Shown piece by piece: positions 36,540 to 47,235 of a DNA stretch of 51,211 bases. A program made the translations under genes and the position numbers. The notes beneath the pieces are model-generated. The model had not been told where the DNA came from. It saw only the letters and a program-made list of their open reading frames with translations, and did no database searches. Source of the DNA: Akkermansiaceae bacterium (GTDB lineage Bacteria; Verrucomicrobiota; Verrucomicrobiia; Verrucomicrobiales; Akkermansiaceae); the NCBI GenBank assembly GCA_017857425.1, contig JAFMDE010000001.1, forward strand, positions 1-51,211. The letters are read 5' to 3'. How positions within the stretch are numbered: position 1 is the first letter of the stretch; every line of letters begins with the position of its first letter.

Positions 36540-37856
36540 CTAGTCTTTGTTAGATTCTTGAAGGGCTTGAGGTAAATGATCAGATTTAATGTGAAGATCA
36601 CGCTGGGGGAAAGGGATTTCAATATGGTTTTCGCGGAAAGCTTTCCAGACAGCAAGGAGAACTTCAGAGCGAACATTGCTGACACCTTGGGGTGCATCGT
36701 CGATCCAGAAGCGTATTTGTAGGTTGATGGATGAATCGCCAAATTCTTTTAGTAGGCAGTTTGGTGCAGGATCAGTTAAGACGCGTGGTATGTCCATTGT
36801 TGCTTCCTTGCAGATGCGGATAGCCTCTGGGATATCAGTAGAATACGAAACACCGACATCAGCCTTGATACGCACGACGCGATCCGTAAATGACCAGTTG
36901 ATGACTTTGTTGGTGATGAAGTCCTCGTTGGGAATCAGGATTTCTTTGCGATCGCGGGTGATGACAGAGATGTAACGTGAGCGTAGTGAATTGATCCAAC
37001 CAAAGGTGCCCTCTATTTCAATGACGTCACCAGGTTTAATGGATTTATCGAGGAGCATGATAACGCCCGCAACGAGGTTGGAGATGACTTTCTGTAGTCC
37101 AAAGCCAAGACCTAGACCAAAGGCACCAGAGAAGACGGCTAAGCCCCCAAGAGGCACTCCTCCTATCTTTAGTGCTCCGACAATGGCAATAATATATAGG
37201 GTCAGCCGGGAACCTTTGCCAATCAGAACCTTGATGGAGGGGGGGATGTCTGTGCGCGGTTGAAGTAGGCTATCGATAAAGCGCACCGATAGACCGACGA
37301 GCCACAGCAAGATAAAGAGAGCAGCAATGGCGGAAATGATGGCCCACACGTTGATCTCAATGTTTCCAAGAGGTAGCCTGATGCCTTGGAGCGCCTGGCT
37401 CAGAGGTTCAAGCCAACCGAAAAGCTGGAGGGTGAAAATTGCCAGCATTAACCCGCCCAAAAACTTTGGCGCCGAGCGTCCTTTGGATACCGCCGTGGCG
37501 ACTTGATAGATGACCAACGCGGAGACGAGTAACGCTGCTGTGAAAATGTAATTGGAGGGAATGGAGTTGTGCCCTTGTGTGGAAAGTTGGTTAGACCATT
37601 GGTTGCGAGCTGCCCATGTAATCCATAGAAGGATACAGAAGCTGGCGGGCACAAAGCTGATTTCTTTACCCGGATTAAAAAACCGAGTGATAATCGCATG
37701 GCATTGAGAGCCCTTGCAGAATGCTTTTTTACGCAGCAGAAATGAGGCGCTGATCGCCGCGATGAAGCAGAGAATAAGCGCAGTCCATTGCCAGAAATCC
37801 TGCCGGTCATCGATAAGTTCGATTAATGATTGTTGGAGGTTTGTCCAGAAACTCAT
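36540..37856 (-). CDS. MscS-family mechanosensitive channel
   Basis: GAFGLGLGFGLQ...NLVAG, PGDVIE, IPNE.F, NWS, FGDSS, IEIPFPQR. Confidence 0.93.
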   Translation of the reverse strand: MSFWTNLQQSLIELIDDRQDFWQWTALILCFIAAISASFLLRKKAFCKGSQCHAIITRFFNPGKEISFVPASFCILLWITWAARNQWSNQLSTQGHNSIPSNYIFTAALLVSALVIYQVATAVSKGRSAPKFLGGLMLAIFTLQLFGWLEPLSQALQGIRLPLGNIEINVWAIISAIAALFILLWLVGLSVRFIDSLLQPRTDIPPSIKVLIGKGSRLTLYIIAIVGALKIGGVPLGGLAVFSGAFGLGLGFGLQKVISNLVAGVIMLLDKSIKPGDVIEIEGTFGWINSLRSRYISVITRDRKEILIPNEDFITNKVINWSFTDRVVRIKADVGVSYSTDIPEAIRICKEATMDIPRVLTDPAPNCLLKEFGDSSINLQIRFWIDDAPQGVSNVRSEVLLAVWKAFRENHIEIPFPQRDLHIKSDHLPQALQESNKD

Positions 37857-37908
37857 GGAGGAATAGTAGTGAAAATGTAATCAGAAGAGAAGGCCGTCAG
37901 CCAATGCG

Positions 37909-38397
37909 CTAGCAGTTCATTTGCTGAAGTGCTAGGAACACAGGCGGGGGAACATAGCGTTTTACTGACTCTTCCCAGCCTTCAGGGCCAATAAGGCTCT
38001 TAACCATACTAGAGGAAAGTTCAGCAATGTCACGAGGTGGCATCAGAAAGGTAGTTGTGATGCTGGGCGCCATGTCAGCATTGATGTGGCGCATGACGCG
38101 TTCATACTCATAGTCACTAGATGATCGAATGCCCCGTAGTATATACTGAGCATCTACGCTGCGGGCATATTCCACCAGATAGAGATTTTTAAACTCCGAG
38201 ATGGTAAGGCGATCACATGAGGGAATGGATTCCTTAAGAAACTGTAAGCGATCTTCAACTGTGAATGTATATGACTTGGCTGGGTTACTGCCGATGACAA
38301 CGTAGAGGTGATCAAACATTTCGAGCCCTTTTTCGATCATCCATAGATGGCCATTGGTCAAGGGGTCAAAAGATCCTGCATAGACAGCGGTGCGCAT
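37909..38397 (-). CDS. coaD: Phosphopantetheine adenylyltransferase
   Basis: [16 protein letters not shown]...DYEYE, SSS.VK. Confidence 0.96.
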   Translation of the reverse strand: MRTAVYAGSFDPLTNGHLWMIEKGLEMFDHLYVVIGSNPAKSYTFTVEDRLQFLKESIPSCDRLTISEFKNLYLVEYARSVDAQYILRGIRSSSDYEYERVMRHINADMAPSITTTFLMPPRDIAELSSSMVKSLIGPEGWEESVKRYVPPPVFLALQQMNC

Positions 38398-38419
38398 AAT
38401 AACTGAAGGTGTTGTTTGT

Positions 38420-41161
38420 TTAAGGTTGGTCTTCGCTATCCGAAGCTGGTCCAGCCGACAGGGGTTGAGAGTCTTCCCATATCATGTGTTTTTTAGCAAG
38501 GCTGTTGGCGCGCTTTGTAGCCTCTTCGGCTCTTGGGCCATCAAAGGAGGCAATACGCCTTGCGAGCTTAACGGAGGCTGTCCATCGCTGTTCCCTTTCA
38601 AGCATGGAGAGAGCTTTGAAACCACAGCGGTAAAACCACAACCACTCCTCATCATGGGCCGTATTTGAGGCAGGCTGATGGCTCTCAATAATGACATCAT
38701 AGTATGAGCCGAAGGCATCAGCCCAGAGAGACATGCTTTCATAGGTTTGTCCGCGCAGGAAATGGAGCCGGTTTCTCCAGGCAAGGGGCAGGTCTTGTTC
38801 TGAGAGTAGCTGATTGTAGATTGTGATGGCTTGCTCATACTTCGTCGTGTCTGCTGGGCCTTGCCGGTGAAGGCAATCTGCCATCAGCACTCCCGCGGAG
38901 CGTAGTAAAGAAGTCGGTGTGTCTTTGCCCGCGAGTAGTGGCTCTAAGGTGTTTTCAGCCTCTTGATAGCGGCGCAGGTCAATAAGAACACGACCCTGTT
39001 GGATGCGTGCTTCCTGTGCTAAATGAGGGTGATTGCTATCGATTATTTTTTGGAACATGCTCAGGCACTCTTCCCGTGCTTGTGTGGTGCCACCGAGTCT
39101 GGCTGACATAGCTGCCTGGAAACTCGCATAAGGGGAGTAGGGGCTTTCTGGATACTTTTCTGGAATGTCCTGAAGAATCCGCCGTGCCTTGTTGTAATCC
39201 TCATTGTGGAAATAGGATTCCCCTAATTTAAGCTGTAGGTATGGAATGTTTGGATCGTCGCTAAAGTTGGCAATGAACCGCTCCGCGGCAGCCGCCGCCG
39301 AGTCCCAATGTTGAGCTAGCTCTTCGGCACGAATGAGTATCTTAGTTATTTTGTACTGGTTTTCAGCGTCGGTAAGGCGGGGTGAAATAATCTCGATTTG
39401 AGCTCTAGCCATATCGATATCCATAGGAGCGATCATCACCGCTGCGGCAGCAAGAGAGAGGCGGGCCTCATTCTCGCGTGTGTGGCCAGGATTGTTGATA
39501 ATGAAGGATTCTAGGTCGGTAGGGCCAGTAGGGTCGTTTTGGCCACATTTCCAAAGCGCGCGCTCTAGGTGCAGTGCGGTGCGAATGAAGTTGTTTTGGG
39601 CAGAGGTGCTTATTTCATCAAAGGCACTGAGGTTGCTTCCCTTGAGGGCCATCATTGCAGCGTTGATGCTGGAAGCTTCTGAGATATCTTGGGAGCTCGA
39701 TTGCCTAGCGTAATCAAAAGCGCTAAGAGCCTCGATGGGCTCATTTTGCTCAGCAAGTAACAGACCGCGAAGGAAGCTGGCCTCATCTCGTAGGCGTGGT
39801 GAGAAAGCTACCTTTTCCATAACGGATAGCGTAAAGGTAGCTTGGTTGGTGTTGTTTTGTTTGAGGTGGAGGTAAGCGGTGTCGATGAGTGACGCTGAGG
39901 CAAGCTTGAGATAGAGCTCACTGGGTAAAAGTGGGCTGGTGACATGCTGAGCACGCAAGCGGGCGAGCAGAGCCATGGCGAGTTCATTGTTTCCGGCTTC
40001 TTCATTACGAGCCAGCAGTGTGGCTCGATGATATAGAGCAAGACTTACGAGGTCGTCATTGGTCGAGGGTTGGGGCTGATAGGGCAGAATAGCGCTGATG
40101 TTCTCGCCTTCGATGTAGAGTCCGTTGCTAGGTGGTGGGCTGTCTCCGCTCCACTGCCGGAGTTTGGACATGATTGAGGACTCATCACTTAGCTTGTCTG
40201 GGAGGATGGCAGATAAGCGATCAAATGCAGAATGAAGGATGGAAGAATTTGGGTAGTTGTCGATAAACTGCTCGAGGGTCGAGATGGCATCATCTGTCTG
40301 TTGATTGGCTGCCTGAGCGTCTGCTTTGCCTAATATGCAGGCATGAAAGATTTGCTCGGGAAGGTTGTCGGGTGCGGTAATGAGTGACTGAAATCGGTTG
40401 ATTGCTTGAGCTGATTTTTTTTCAGACAGGGCTAGTCGCGCTTCCAGATATTCCTTGATCTTAGCAGCAGCTGCCATTTGACTGTCTATTTTATCAAGTG
40501 TCGCCGAAGCAATTTCATGGTTGCCGAGCTTAATATGAATTTCACAGGCTAAAAGGTTGGCGGCATTTCTAATTTCAGGTGAGCCTGATTGCCCGGTATT
40601 AATCAAAATTTCCAAGGCCTCCGTAGTTTGGCCTAATGCAAGCAGAATGCGAGCGCGGGTCAGCTGAATTTGCCTGTAATTTGTGTGTGTCTTAGGTATC
40701 TCGGCTAGTGCATCATTGGCTTCTTGGTAGCGACCTAGCGCGGCCAAGGCTTCGGCCCTCCATGTCGGCGCGGATGGTTGAGCTGAAATAGTTTCTTCGC
40801 TCAGTAGTTGTAAGGCTTCGGTGGCAAATTGATTGTCTCCTTGGGGCTCCGTGCCAGCCCGTATGAGTGACTCTACCAGTGCCAGTTGCAGGTAGGGTAT
40901 TGCCTCACTGGGGATGTCAGCTGTTTGCAGAGCAAGACGAAACTTAGACACGGCAACTCCATAGAGGTGGTCAGCCATTGCTTTTGAACCAGCTTGGTAA
41001 AGAGCGTTCTGCGCGAGATGGTCAGACACCGATTTGGGAGCATTGTCGGCGCCACTTGTCGGCATAACGAGCAAGCTGATATAGCAAATCAGAGTAATGA
41101 ATCCACGGATCACGTGTTTATTATGGTGCAAAACGCTTAAATTTACAGCAATTGTTCTCAT
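38420..41161 (-). CDS. Large exported tetratricopeptide-repeat protein
   Basis: Repeated helical TPR-like units (F...YP.S, A...RG); signal-like hydrophobic N-terminus. Start uncertain between 41209 and 41113. Confidence 0.8.
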   Translation of the reverse strand: MRTIAVNLSVLHHNKHVIRGFITLICYISLLVMPTSGADNAPKSVSDHLAQNALYQAGSKAMADHLYGVAVSKFRLALQTADIPSEAIPYLQLALVESLIRAGTEPQGDNQFATEALQLLSEETISAQPSAPTWRAEALAALGRYQEANDALAEIPKTHTNYRQIQLTRARILLALGQTTEALEILINTGQSGSPEIRNAANLLACEIHIKLGNHEIASATLDKIDSQMAAAAKIKEYLEARLALSEKKSAQAINRFQSLITAPDNLPEQIFHACILGKADAQAANQQTDDAISTLEQFIDNYPNSSILHSAFDRLSAILPDKLSDESSIMSKLRQWSGDSPPPSNGLYIEGENISAILPYQPQPSTNDDLVSLALYHRATLLARNEEAGNNELAMALLARLRAQHVTSPLLPSELYLKLASASLIDTAYLHLKQNNTNQATFTLSVMEKVAFSPRLRDEASFLRGLLLAEQNEPIEALSAFDYARQSSSQDISEASSINAAMMALKGSNLSAFDEISTSAQNNFIRTALHLERALWKCGQNDPTGPTDLESFIINNPGHTRENEARLSLAAAAVMIAPMDIDMARAQIEIISPRLTDAENQYKITKILIRAEELAQHWDSAAAAAERFIANFSDDPNIPYLQLKLGESYFHNEDYNKARRILQDIPEKYPESPYSPYASFQAAMSARLGGTTQAREECLSMFQKIIDSNHPHLAQEARIQQGRVLIDLRRYQEAENTLEPLLAGKDTPTSLLRSAGVLMADCLHRQGPADTTKYEQAITIYNQLLSEQDLPLAWRNRLHFLRGQTYESMSLWADAFGSYYDVIIESHQPASNTAHDEEWLWFYRCGFKALSMLEREQRWTASVKLARRIASFDGPRAEEATKRANSLAKKHMIWEDSQPLSAGPASDSEDQP

Positions 41162-41218
41162 AATTTGATTAAGAATTGTTTTTACATGGGCTTGTGATTT
41201 ATCGTGCATTCAAATGCC

Positions 41219-42142
41219 ATGAGTTGTTTGGGTGATATAGGCGAAGATGCTTTAGTAAAGCGGCTCATCGAGCAGCTTGGGGACGAGTGCGCTAAAGATG
41301 AGAGTATCATTCTCGGCCCTGGAGATGATTGTGCAGTCATAGATCTCGCCCAGCGTGGCCCGTGTGACCAATATCAGCTGCTCAAAACGGACTCGATGGT
41401 TGAGGGAATTCACTATCTGGCAGGCACACCTGCAGCTAAAGTAGGCTGGAAAGCCGTTGCTCGCGTCATTAGCGACTTCGGAGCTATGGGCGGCTTGCCT
41501 AGCCACCTTCTTATTACGATTGCGATGCCTCCGGAGAAGTCCGTAAGCTACTTGGAAAAACTTTACCAAGGAATGCAGAAGTGTGCTTTGGCATATGGAG
41601 CGACGATATGTGGAGGTGAGACAAGTGCGGTGCCTGAAAATGCGGCAGCGGTGATTTCTGTAGCAGGTACTGGTTGGGTAGAAAAATCAAGATGTGTAAG
41701 GAGAAGTGGTGGTAAGAGGGGGGATTTGATTTTGGTGACGGGAAAGCTCGGGGGATCAATTCGAGGCAAACACTTAAGCTTTTCTCCACGCGTTGAAGAG
41801 GCTCGATGGTTGACTGAGCATTTTAGAATTAACGCAATGATGGATTTGTCAGATGGCCTCGGCGCTGATCTGCCGCGATTGGCGGCGGCGAGCCAATGTG
41901 GCTATTTACTCAATGAGCAGTCTCTACCTCGCAACAAGGCATGTAATATTGCTCAAGCAATCGGAGACGGGGAAGATTACGAGTTGTTGTTTAGCACCTC
42001 AGCAAAAACAGTGAAGCAATTGGAGCAGGCATGGGCGAAACAGTTTCCTGAGCTCATGCTGAGCGTGGTGGGTGAACTGACAGACAATGATCATGATGCC
42101 GTCCCGAGTGGGCAAGGTTGGCAACATTTTAAGTCCCATTAG
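41219..42142 (+). CDS. thiL: Thiamine-monophosphate kinase
   Basis: GE..L, GPGDDCAV, KTD.MVEG.H, SD..AMGG, GGET, MDLSDGL, GEDYELLF, GW.HF. Confidence 0.95.
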   Translation: MSCLGDIGEDALVKRLIEQLGDECAKDESIILGPGDDCAVIDLAQRGPCDQYQLLKTDSMVEGIHYLAGTPAAKVGWKAVARVISDFGAMGGLPSHLLITIAMPPEKSVSYLEKLYQGMQKCALAYGATICGGETSAVPENAAAVISVAGTGWVEKSRCVRRSGGKRGDLILVTGKLGGSIRGKHLSFSPRVEEARWLTEHFRINAMMDLSDGLGADLPRLAAASQCGYLLNEQSLPRNKACNIAQAIGDGEDYELLFSTSAKTVKQLEQAWAKQFPELMLSVVGELTDNDHDAVPSGQGWQHFKSH

Positions 42143-42149
42143 ATTTTGT

Positions 42150-43037
42150 CTAGATGGCATGTCCCATCGAGTCTCCCATCTTGGCATACGTTTCGATTTG
42201 CTTGCTCGAATTGCTAAGGATGTCTTTACTAAACTGCATGGTGCCAGGCTCAAAGATGACTATGGCGGATGAACCGCCAAAGGCAAAATAGCCTTTTTCT
42301 TCACCTTTCTGAATGGCTTGATCAGCGCAATAGGTTTGTTGAATGGAGCCGACACAAGTAGCGCCAATTTCCATCATGAGCACCTTGCCCATGGAAGGCG
42401 TTTCTATCTGTGTGATGGTGCGCTTATTTTGCCAGAGGTAGCTGAGGTTGCGTGATAGGGCGATGGGGGATACGGAAAAGAGAGGCCCGTTAATAAGGCG
42501 CGTTTGCGATGCGTGGCCACTAACAGGGAAGTGAAAACGATGATAGTCCACAGGACATAGCCTGGAGAGTATCAATGAAGCTCCGGCGTATCGAGCTGAG
42601 AGCTCTCGGTCATTGATGAGTTGGTGGATATCAAAGGTTTGTCCTTTGACGAAAAAGCCATCGATTTTATCGATATTTGTGAAAGCTAAATGCCTGCCGT
42701 CGGCAGGGAAAACGATGGAGTCCTCAGAAATGGGTCGAGCTTCTGTTTTCAGCTTCCGGTAGAAAAATTCGTTGAAGGAAGCAAAGGTTTCAGGCTGTTG
42801 AGCAAATTCCTCGATATTGAGGTCATAATCACGAATGAAAGGCTCAACCTTTGATTTGGAGCAGTTTTTATCCATGCGGTTTCCATACCACTGAGAAAAT
42901 GCAGCTCGTTTGATAAAGCTGTGAAGGGCAAGTTTGCCAAGAGGGTTTCCGTATGCCCATTTGAGAAATGCTTCGCCATAGACCTGCTCCGTCTCCATGC
43001 GTTCGCTGTAGCGATTGTAAAATTCGATAGTTTTCAC
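42150..43037 (-). CDS. psd: Phosphatidylserine decarboxylase proenzyme (PSD-B type)
   Basis: FNEFFYRKLK, PADGR, RLCPVDYHRFHFP, GATCVGSI, GYFAFGGSS cleavage motif. Start probably GTG 43037. Confidence 0.93.
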   Translation of the reverse strand: MKTIEFYNRYSERMETEQVYGEAFLKWAYGNPLGKLALHSFIKRAAFSQWYGNRMDKNCSKSKVEPFIRDYDLNIEEFAQQPETFASFNEFFYRKLKTEARPISEDSIVFPADGRHLAFTNIDKIDGFFVKGQTFDIHQLINDRELSARYAGASLILSRLCPVDYHRFHFPVSGHASQTRLINGPLFSVSPIALSRNLSYLWQNKRTITQIETPSMGKVLMMEIGATCVGSIQQTYCADQAIQKGEEKGYFAFGGSSAIVIFEPGTMQFSKDILSNSSKQIETYAKMGDSMGHAI

Positions 43038-43071
43038 TGGTGGGGAAGCTAACATAGAACAAGGAATTGGC

Positions 43072-43104
43072 AAAAAAAAGCAGGCAGGAAATATCCTGCC
43101 TGCT
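43072..43104 (-). terminator. Intrinsic terminator of the AP2-like gene
   Basis: AGCAGGCAGGA-aata-TCCTGCCTGCT perfect 11-bp stem with an A-tract on the + strand (U-tract on the minus strand). Confidence 0.9.
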
Positions 43105-43142
43105 AGAATTGAATGTTGTTAATGTGGGTTCTGCAAATACAG

Positions 43143-43403
43143 CTATGCTGATTTGAGAAGTTTATGAGCTTTTGCGACAGTGCTTTTGCTAAGCTTGCCA
43201 TTGACCTTGCGGGATTTTCCTAGCAGGTCTTTGAGTTCATTGAGGGCGCCGTCTGCGGCTTTCAAGGCCTTGCGCTCTCCACCATACTTTTTATCGGAAA
43301 AGTATTTGGTGAAAGTCGTGCCGGTTTTGCTTAAGCAAAGTCTCCACCCTTGGAAGGCGGTTGTTTCATAGGTGAAACGTGTTAGGTTCTTTCTTGATTT
43401 CAT
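43143..43403 (-). CDS. Small basic AP2-like putative DNA-binding protein, 86 aa
   Basis: MKSRKNLTRFTYETTAFQGWRLCLSKTGTTFTKYFSDKKYGGERKALKAA...; the GW...K.FS.KKYG...AL.AA pattern; true start at ATG 43403 after an A/C-rich leader. Confidence 0.75.
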   Translation of the reverse strand: MKSRKNLTRFTYETTAFQGWRLCLSKTGTTFTKYFSDKKYGGERKALKAADGALNELKDLLGKSRKVNGKLSKSTVAKAHKLLKSA

Positions 43404-43540
43404 AATGTGTGTTTGAATTTGAATGTTACTTCTCAAGGTTCTGTAGATACCATACCATTGGCCATTGGGCCGCAAGTAAAAAAAAATATATCTGCAGTAA
43501 ACTAGTGACATATAGGCCATGGTTTGACTCTACACAAATA

Positions 43541-43574
43541 AAAAAGCATGTATTTCTAGAAATACATGCTTTTT
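43541..43574. terminator. Perfect 34-bp palindrome, terminator after rplQ
   Basis: AAAAAGCATGTATTTCT|AGAAATACATGCTTTTT gives a U-tract on either strand. Confidence 0.8.
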
Positions 43575-43619
43575 GAATATTGTGCGCGACTCTGTTACAG
43601 AGCCAAAGTGAATGAGGGC

Positions 43620-44024
43620 TTATGCCTCTTCACTTGCAGGGCTCGCGCTGTTAGCTAGTGCTATATCCTCAATATCAGTCCACTCGATGTAAGCCATTGG
43701 TGCTGAGTCACTGACGCGTGCGCCAAGTTTAGTAATACGGCAATAGCCACCTTGGCGATCCTTGCTTGCGGGGCCGACTTCTTCAAAAAGTTTTTTGACG
43801 TTTTCTTTTTGGCGAAGGAAGGCGATGGCTTGACGGCGTGCATGCAGATCACCACGCTTAGCTAAAGTTACCATTTTCTCTGCGACAGGGCGTAGAGCTT
43901 TGGCTTTAGCTAGTGTAGTGCGGATGCGGCCATGCTCGATAAGGCTACAGGCCAAGTTGGCAAGTAGCGAACGGCGGTGAGCGGTATCGCGTTGTAGTTT
44001 AACAGTCTTTTTTCTGTGTCTCAT
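43620..44024 (-). CDS. rplQ: 50S ribosomal protein L17
   Basis: MRHRK, HR...NL..SLI.H.RI.TT..KAK, R.GGY.RI.K, R..D.APMA.IE. Confidence 0.98.
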   Translation of the reverse strand: MRHRKKTVKLQRDTAHRRSLLANLACSLIEHGRIRTTLAKAKALRPVAEKMVTLAKRGDLHARRQAIAFLRQKENVKKLFEEVGPASKDRQGGYCRITKLGARVSDSAPMAYIEWTDIEDIALANSASPASEEA

Positions 44025-44080
44025 GTTAATAGTCCTTGCGGACGTTTTGTTTTAAAATAGTTGCTTGTGATACTGGATCC

Positions 44081-45220
<1,140 letters not shown>

Positions 45221-45235
45221 GGTGTTTGTTGGGTT

Positions 45236-45314
45236 ACCGGGTTACCCTCCGGCGAGCGGGGATTAGCGAGTCGTCAGGAATTGACAGTTGGCTAATTTGC
45301 GGAGGACCTACGGT
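45236..45314 (-). promoter_or_regulatory. Structured 5' leader of rpoA-rplQ (nested stem-loop)
   Basis: Four nested Watson-Crick segments: ACCG/CGGT, CCTCCG/CGGAGG, ATTAGC/GCTAAT, GTCA/TGAC. Confidence 0.55.
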
Positions 45315-45480
45315 GATTTCTAGCTCGCGGGGCGTGGAATAAAAGGCAAGGCGAAGCTTAATGCAATCGTTTTTTTGCTTATTTTAAGGGATTTTCGCTC
45401 TTCGTCGCCTTCGGGTCCAGCAGGGATCCTGCGGTTAATTTGCGGTGTCGTTTTGGTGGCTTTGTGTTATAGGTATCGGC

Positions 45481-47052
45481 ATGAAAGCAATGTTAACACT
45501 TGTATTGGGTTTATTCTTTAGCCTTGGCTTGGCCGTATTAGCTCAAGATCAGCAGGCAGAAGGGCTCAAAGAGGATGCTCTTGACCGCGCTGAGATTCCT
45601 GAAACGGTTGAATCAGAGCGAGATAAGGCGGATACGGCGATGCCGGTGAATGATCTAAGCCCGCCCGCAAAGCTCGAAAAAAGGGTGTTTGGCAGGTCTG
45701 ACGAGGCAAATTATCAGGGTAAAGTAGTGGTCATTAAGGTGGGCGAGAAGGATCTGGTCAATAAACAGGCGTTTAAGTTCTGGAGGCGGGTCATCAAACG
45801 CGTGAACGAGGAAGAGGCTCGGGCGTTGGTTTTTGACATCGATACTCCAGGTGGACTGGCATTTGACACGGCGGAGCTTATTATGGTTGATATGCAAAAA
45901 ATCAAGGTGCCTTCCTATGCCTTTGTGAATCAGAAAGCTTTGAGTGCCGGCGCTCTTGTAGCTGCAGGAACGGACGCAATTTACATGCATCCGGTATCAA
46001 CGATCGGTGCTGCGGCCATTGTCAGTGGCAACGGGGCTGAAATTCCCGACATTATGCGCGCGAAAATTGAGTCTGCTTTTAATGCCTTTGTGCGTGCAGT
46101 ATCCAAAAGCAAGGGACGCAATCCAGATGTTATCAGGGCGATGATGATTACTGATGAATATTATGATTTTGGTGAGATTCAGGTCGAGGAAGGTGAATTA
46201 CTTTCTCTCACAGCAGATGAAGCGGTCATGGAATTTCAAGGCAAACCCTTACTGGCGAAAGGTATTGTGGAAAGTATTGATGATTTACTCGAAAGGGAGG
46301 GCCTGGCCGGTGTTGAGGTGGTTTCCGCTGAGCCCACGGGCATGGAGAAATTGGCATACTGGGTTGCTGCATTTTCGGGTATTCTCATATTAGTGGGCAT
46401 CGGAGGGGCTTATCTTGAGATGAAGACTCCCGGTTTTGGTATGGGGGGCGGTATATCCTTGCTGGCATTTTCGTTATTTTTCTTTGGTAATTACGCCGCC
46501 GGAAACATGGCGGGCTACGGCCTAATGTTATTGTTTTTGCTGGGTATGATATTGATCATCTTTGAGCTTTTCATTCTACCGGGGATGATTGTGCCCGGTG
46601 TGATTGGAGGCATCCTTGTTCTAGGCACGCTCTTTTTTGCAATGGTCGATGGTTTTGCCTTTGAAGATAATACGGTGCGCGGCTGGGATGCCGCCGGAGC
46701 GCTGGATTTTATCAATCAGCCAGCACTCAATTTGGCGATTGGTTTGCTGGGCTCAACGGTATTGATGATGTTGATGATGCGTTATTTGCCCAATGCTCCG
46801 CTATTTAACCGCCTTGTCATGAGCAAGGTGCTTGCCAGTGGAGATTCCACTGGTTTGGATTCGGTTTCTGGTGGCACTGGCGAGCACGTCGGCTTGCGCG
46901 GAGTCTCGATAACGGATCTTCGTCCTGCGGGTAAGGGCGACTTCAATGGAAGGGTTCTCGATGTCACTGCGGCCAATGGCTTCATTGCAGAGGGCAAGCA
47001 CATTGTCGTCAGCTCAGAAGATGGCTTGAGGATCCTAGTCAATGAGGAATAA
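45481..47052 (+). CDS. nfeD: Long-form NfeD membrane-bound serine protease
   Basis: IDTPGG, ALSAGA (Ser), IGAA, AKIES (Lys), LTADEA, E.KTPGFG, TM block, C-terminal OB-fold TDLRPAGK. Confidence 0.9.
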   Translation: MKAMLTLVLGLFFSLGLAVLAQDQQAEGLKEDALDRAEIPETVESERDKADTAMPVNDLSPPAKLEKRVFGRSDEANYQGKVVVIKVGEKDLVNKQAFKFWRRVIKRVNEEEARALVFDIDTPGGLAFDTAELIMVDMQKIKVPSYAFVNQKALSAGALVAAGTDAIYMHPVSTIGAAAIVSGNGAEIPDIMRAKIESAFNAFVRAVSKSKGRNPDVIRAMMITDEYYDFGEIQVEEGELLSLTADEAVMEFQGKPLLAKGIVESIDDLLEREGLAGVEVVSAEPTGMEKLAYWVAAFSGILILVGIGGAYLEMKTPGFGMGGGISLLAFSLFFFGNYAAGNMAGYGLMLLFLLGMILIIFELFILPGMIVPGVIGGILVLGTLFFAMVDGFAFEDNTVRGWDAAGALDFINQPALNLAIGLLGSTVLMMLMMRYLPNAPLFNRLVMSKVLASGDSTGLDSVSGGTGEHVGLRGVSITDLRPAGKGDFNGRVLDVTAANGFIAEGKHIVVSSEDGLRILVNEE

Positions 47053-47101
47053 GGTGCCGGGGTTTCCAGTATTCTGTTAACGAGAAATCATTCTTTAGCA
47101 C

Positions 47102-47140
47102 AAAAAAACCCTGCGAGCACCGTGTGCTACAGGGTTTTTT
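47102..47140. terminator. Bidirectional terminator between convergent nfeD and Na/Pi cotransporter genes
   Basis: AAAAAAACCCTG...AGCAC-cgt-GTGCT...CAGGGTTTTTT. Confidence 0.85.
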
Positions 47141-47235
47141 CTTAAGGTTATAGAGTATCAAGGTTCAATAGGCGGTGCTCTTTAGTGGGGGGAGCTCACG
47201 CTTTATTGATGATGCCCTTTAAGTAATCAGTGCCT

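Noticed and set aside
41162-41218. TPP riboswitch before thiL
   Set aside because: Spacer too short and AT-rich, with no CUGAGA core.
43404-43520. N-terminal 39 codons of the 125-aa track ORF
   Set aside because: They run through a poly-T tract and promoter-like sequence; ATG 43403 has the typical start context.
47165-47209. Possible small RNA hairpin (TCAATA...TATTGA) between the terminator and the Na/Pi gene stop
   Set aside because: Relies on many G-U pairs, has no promoter or family motif, and does not fit a fluoride or other riboswitch.
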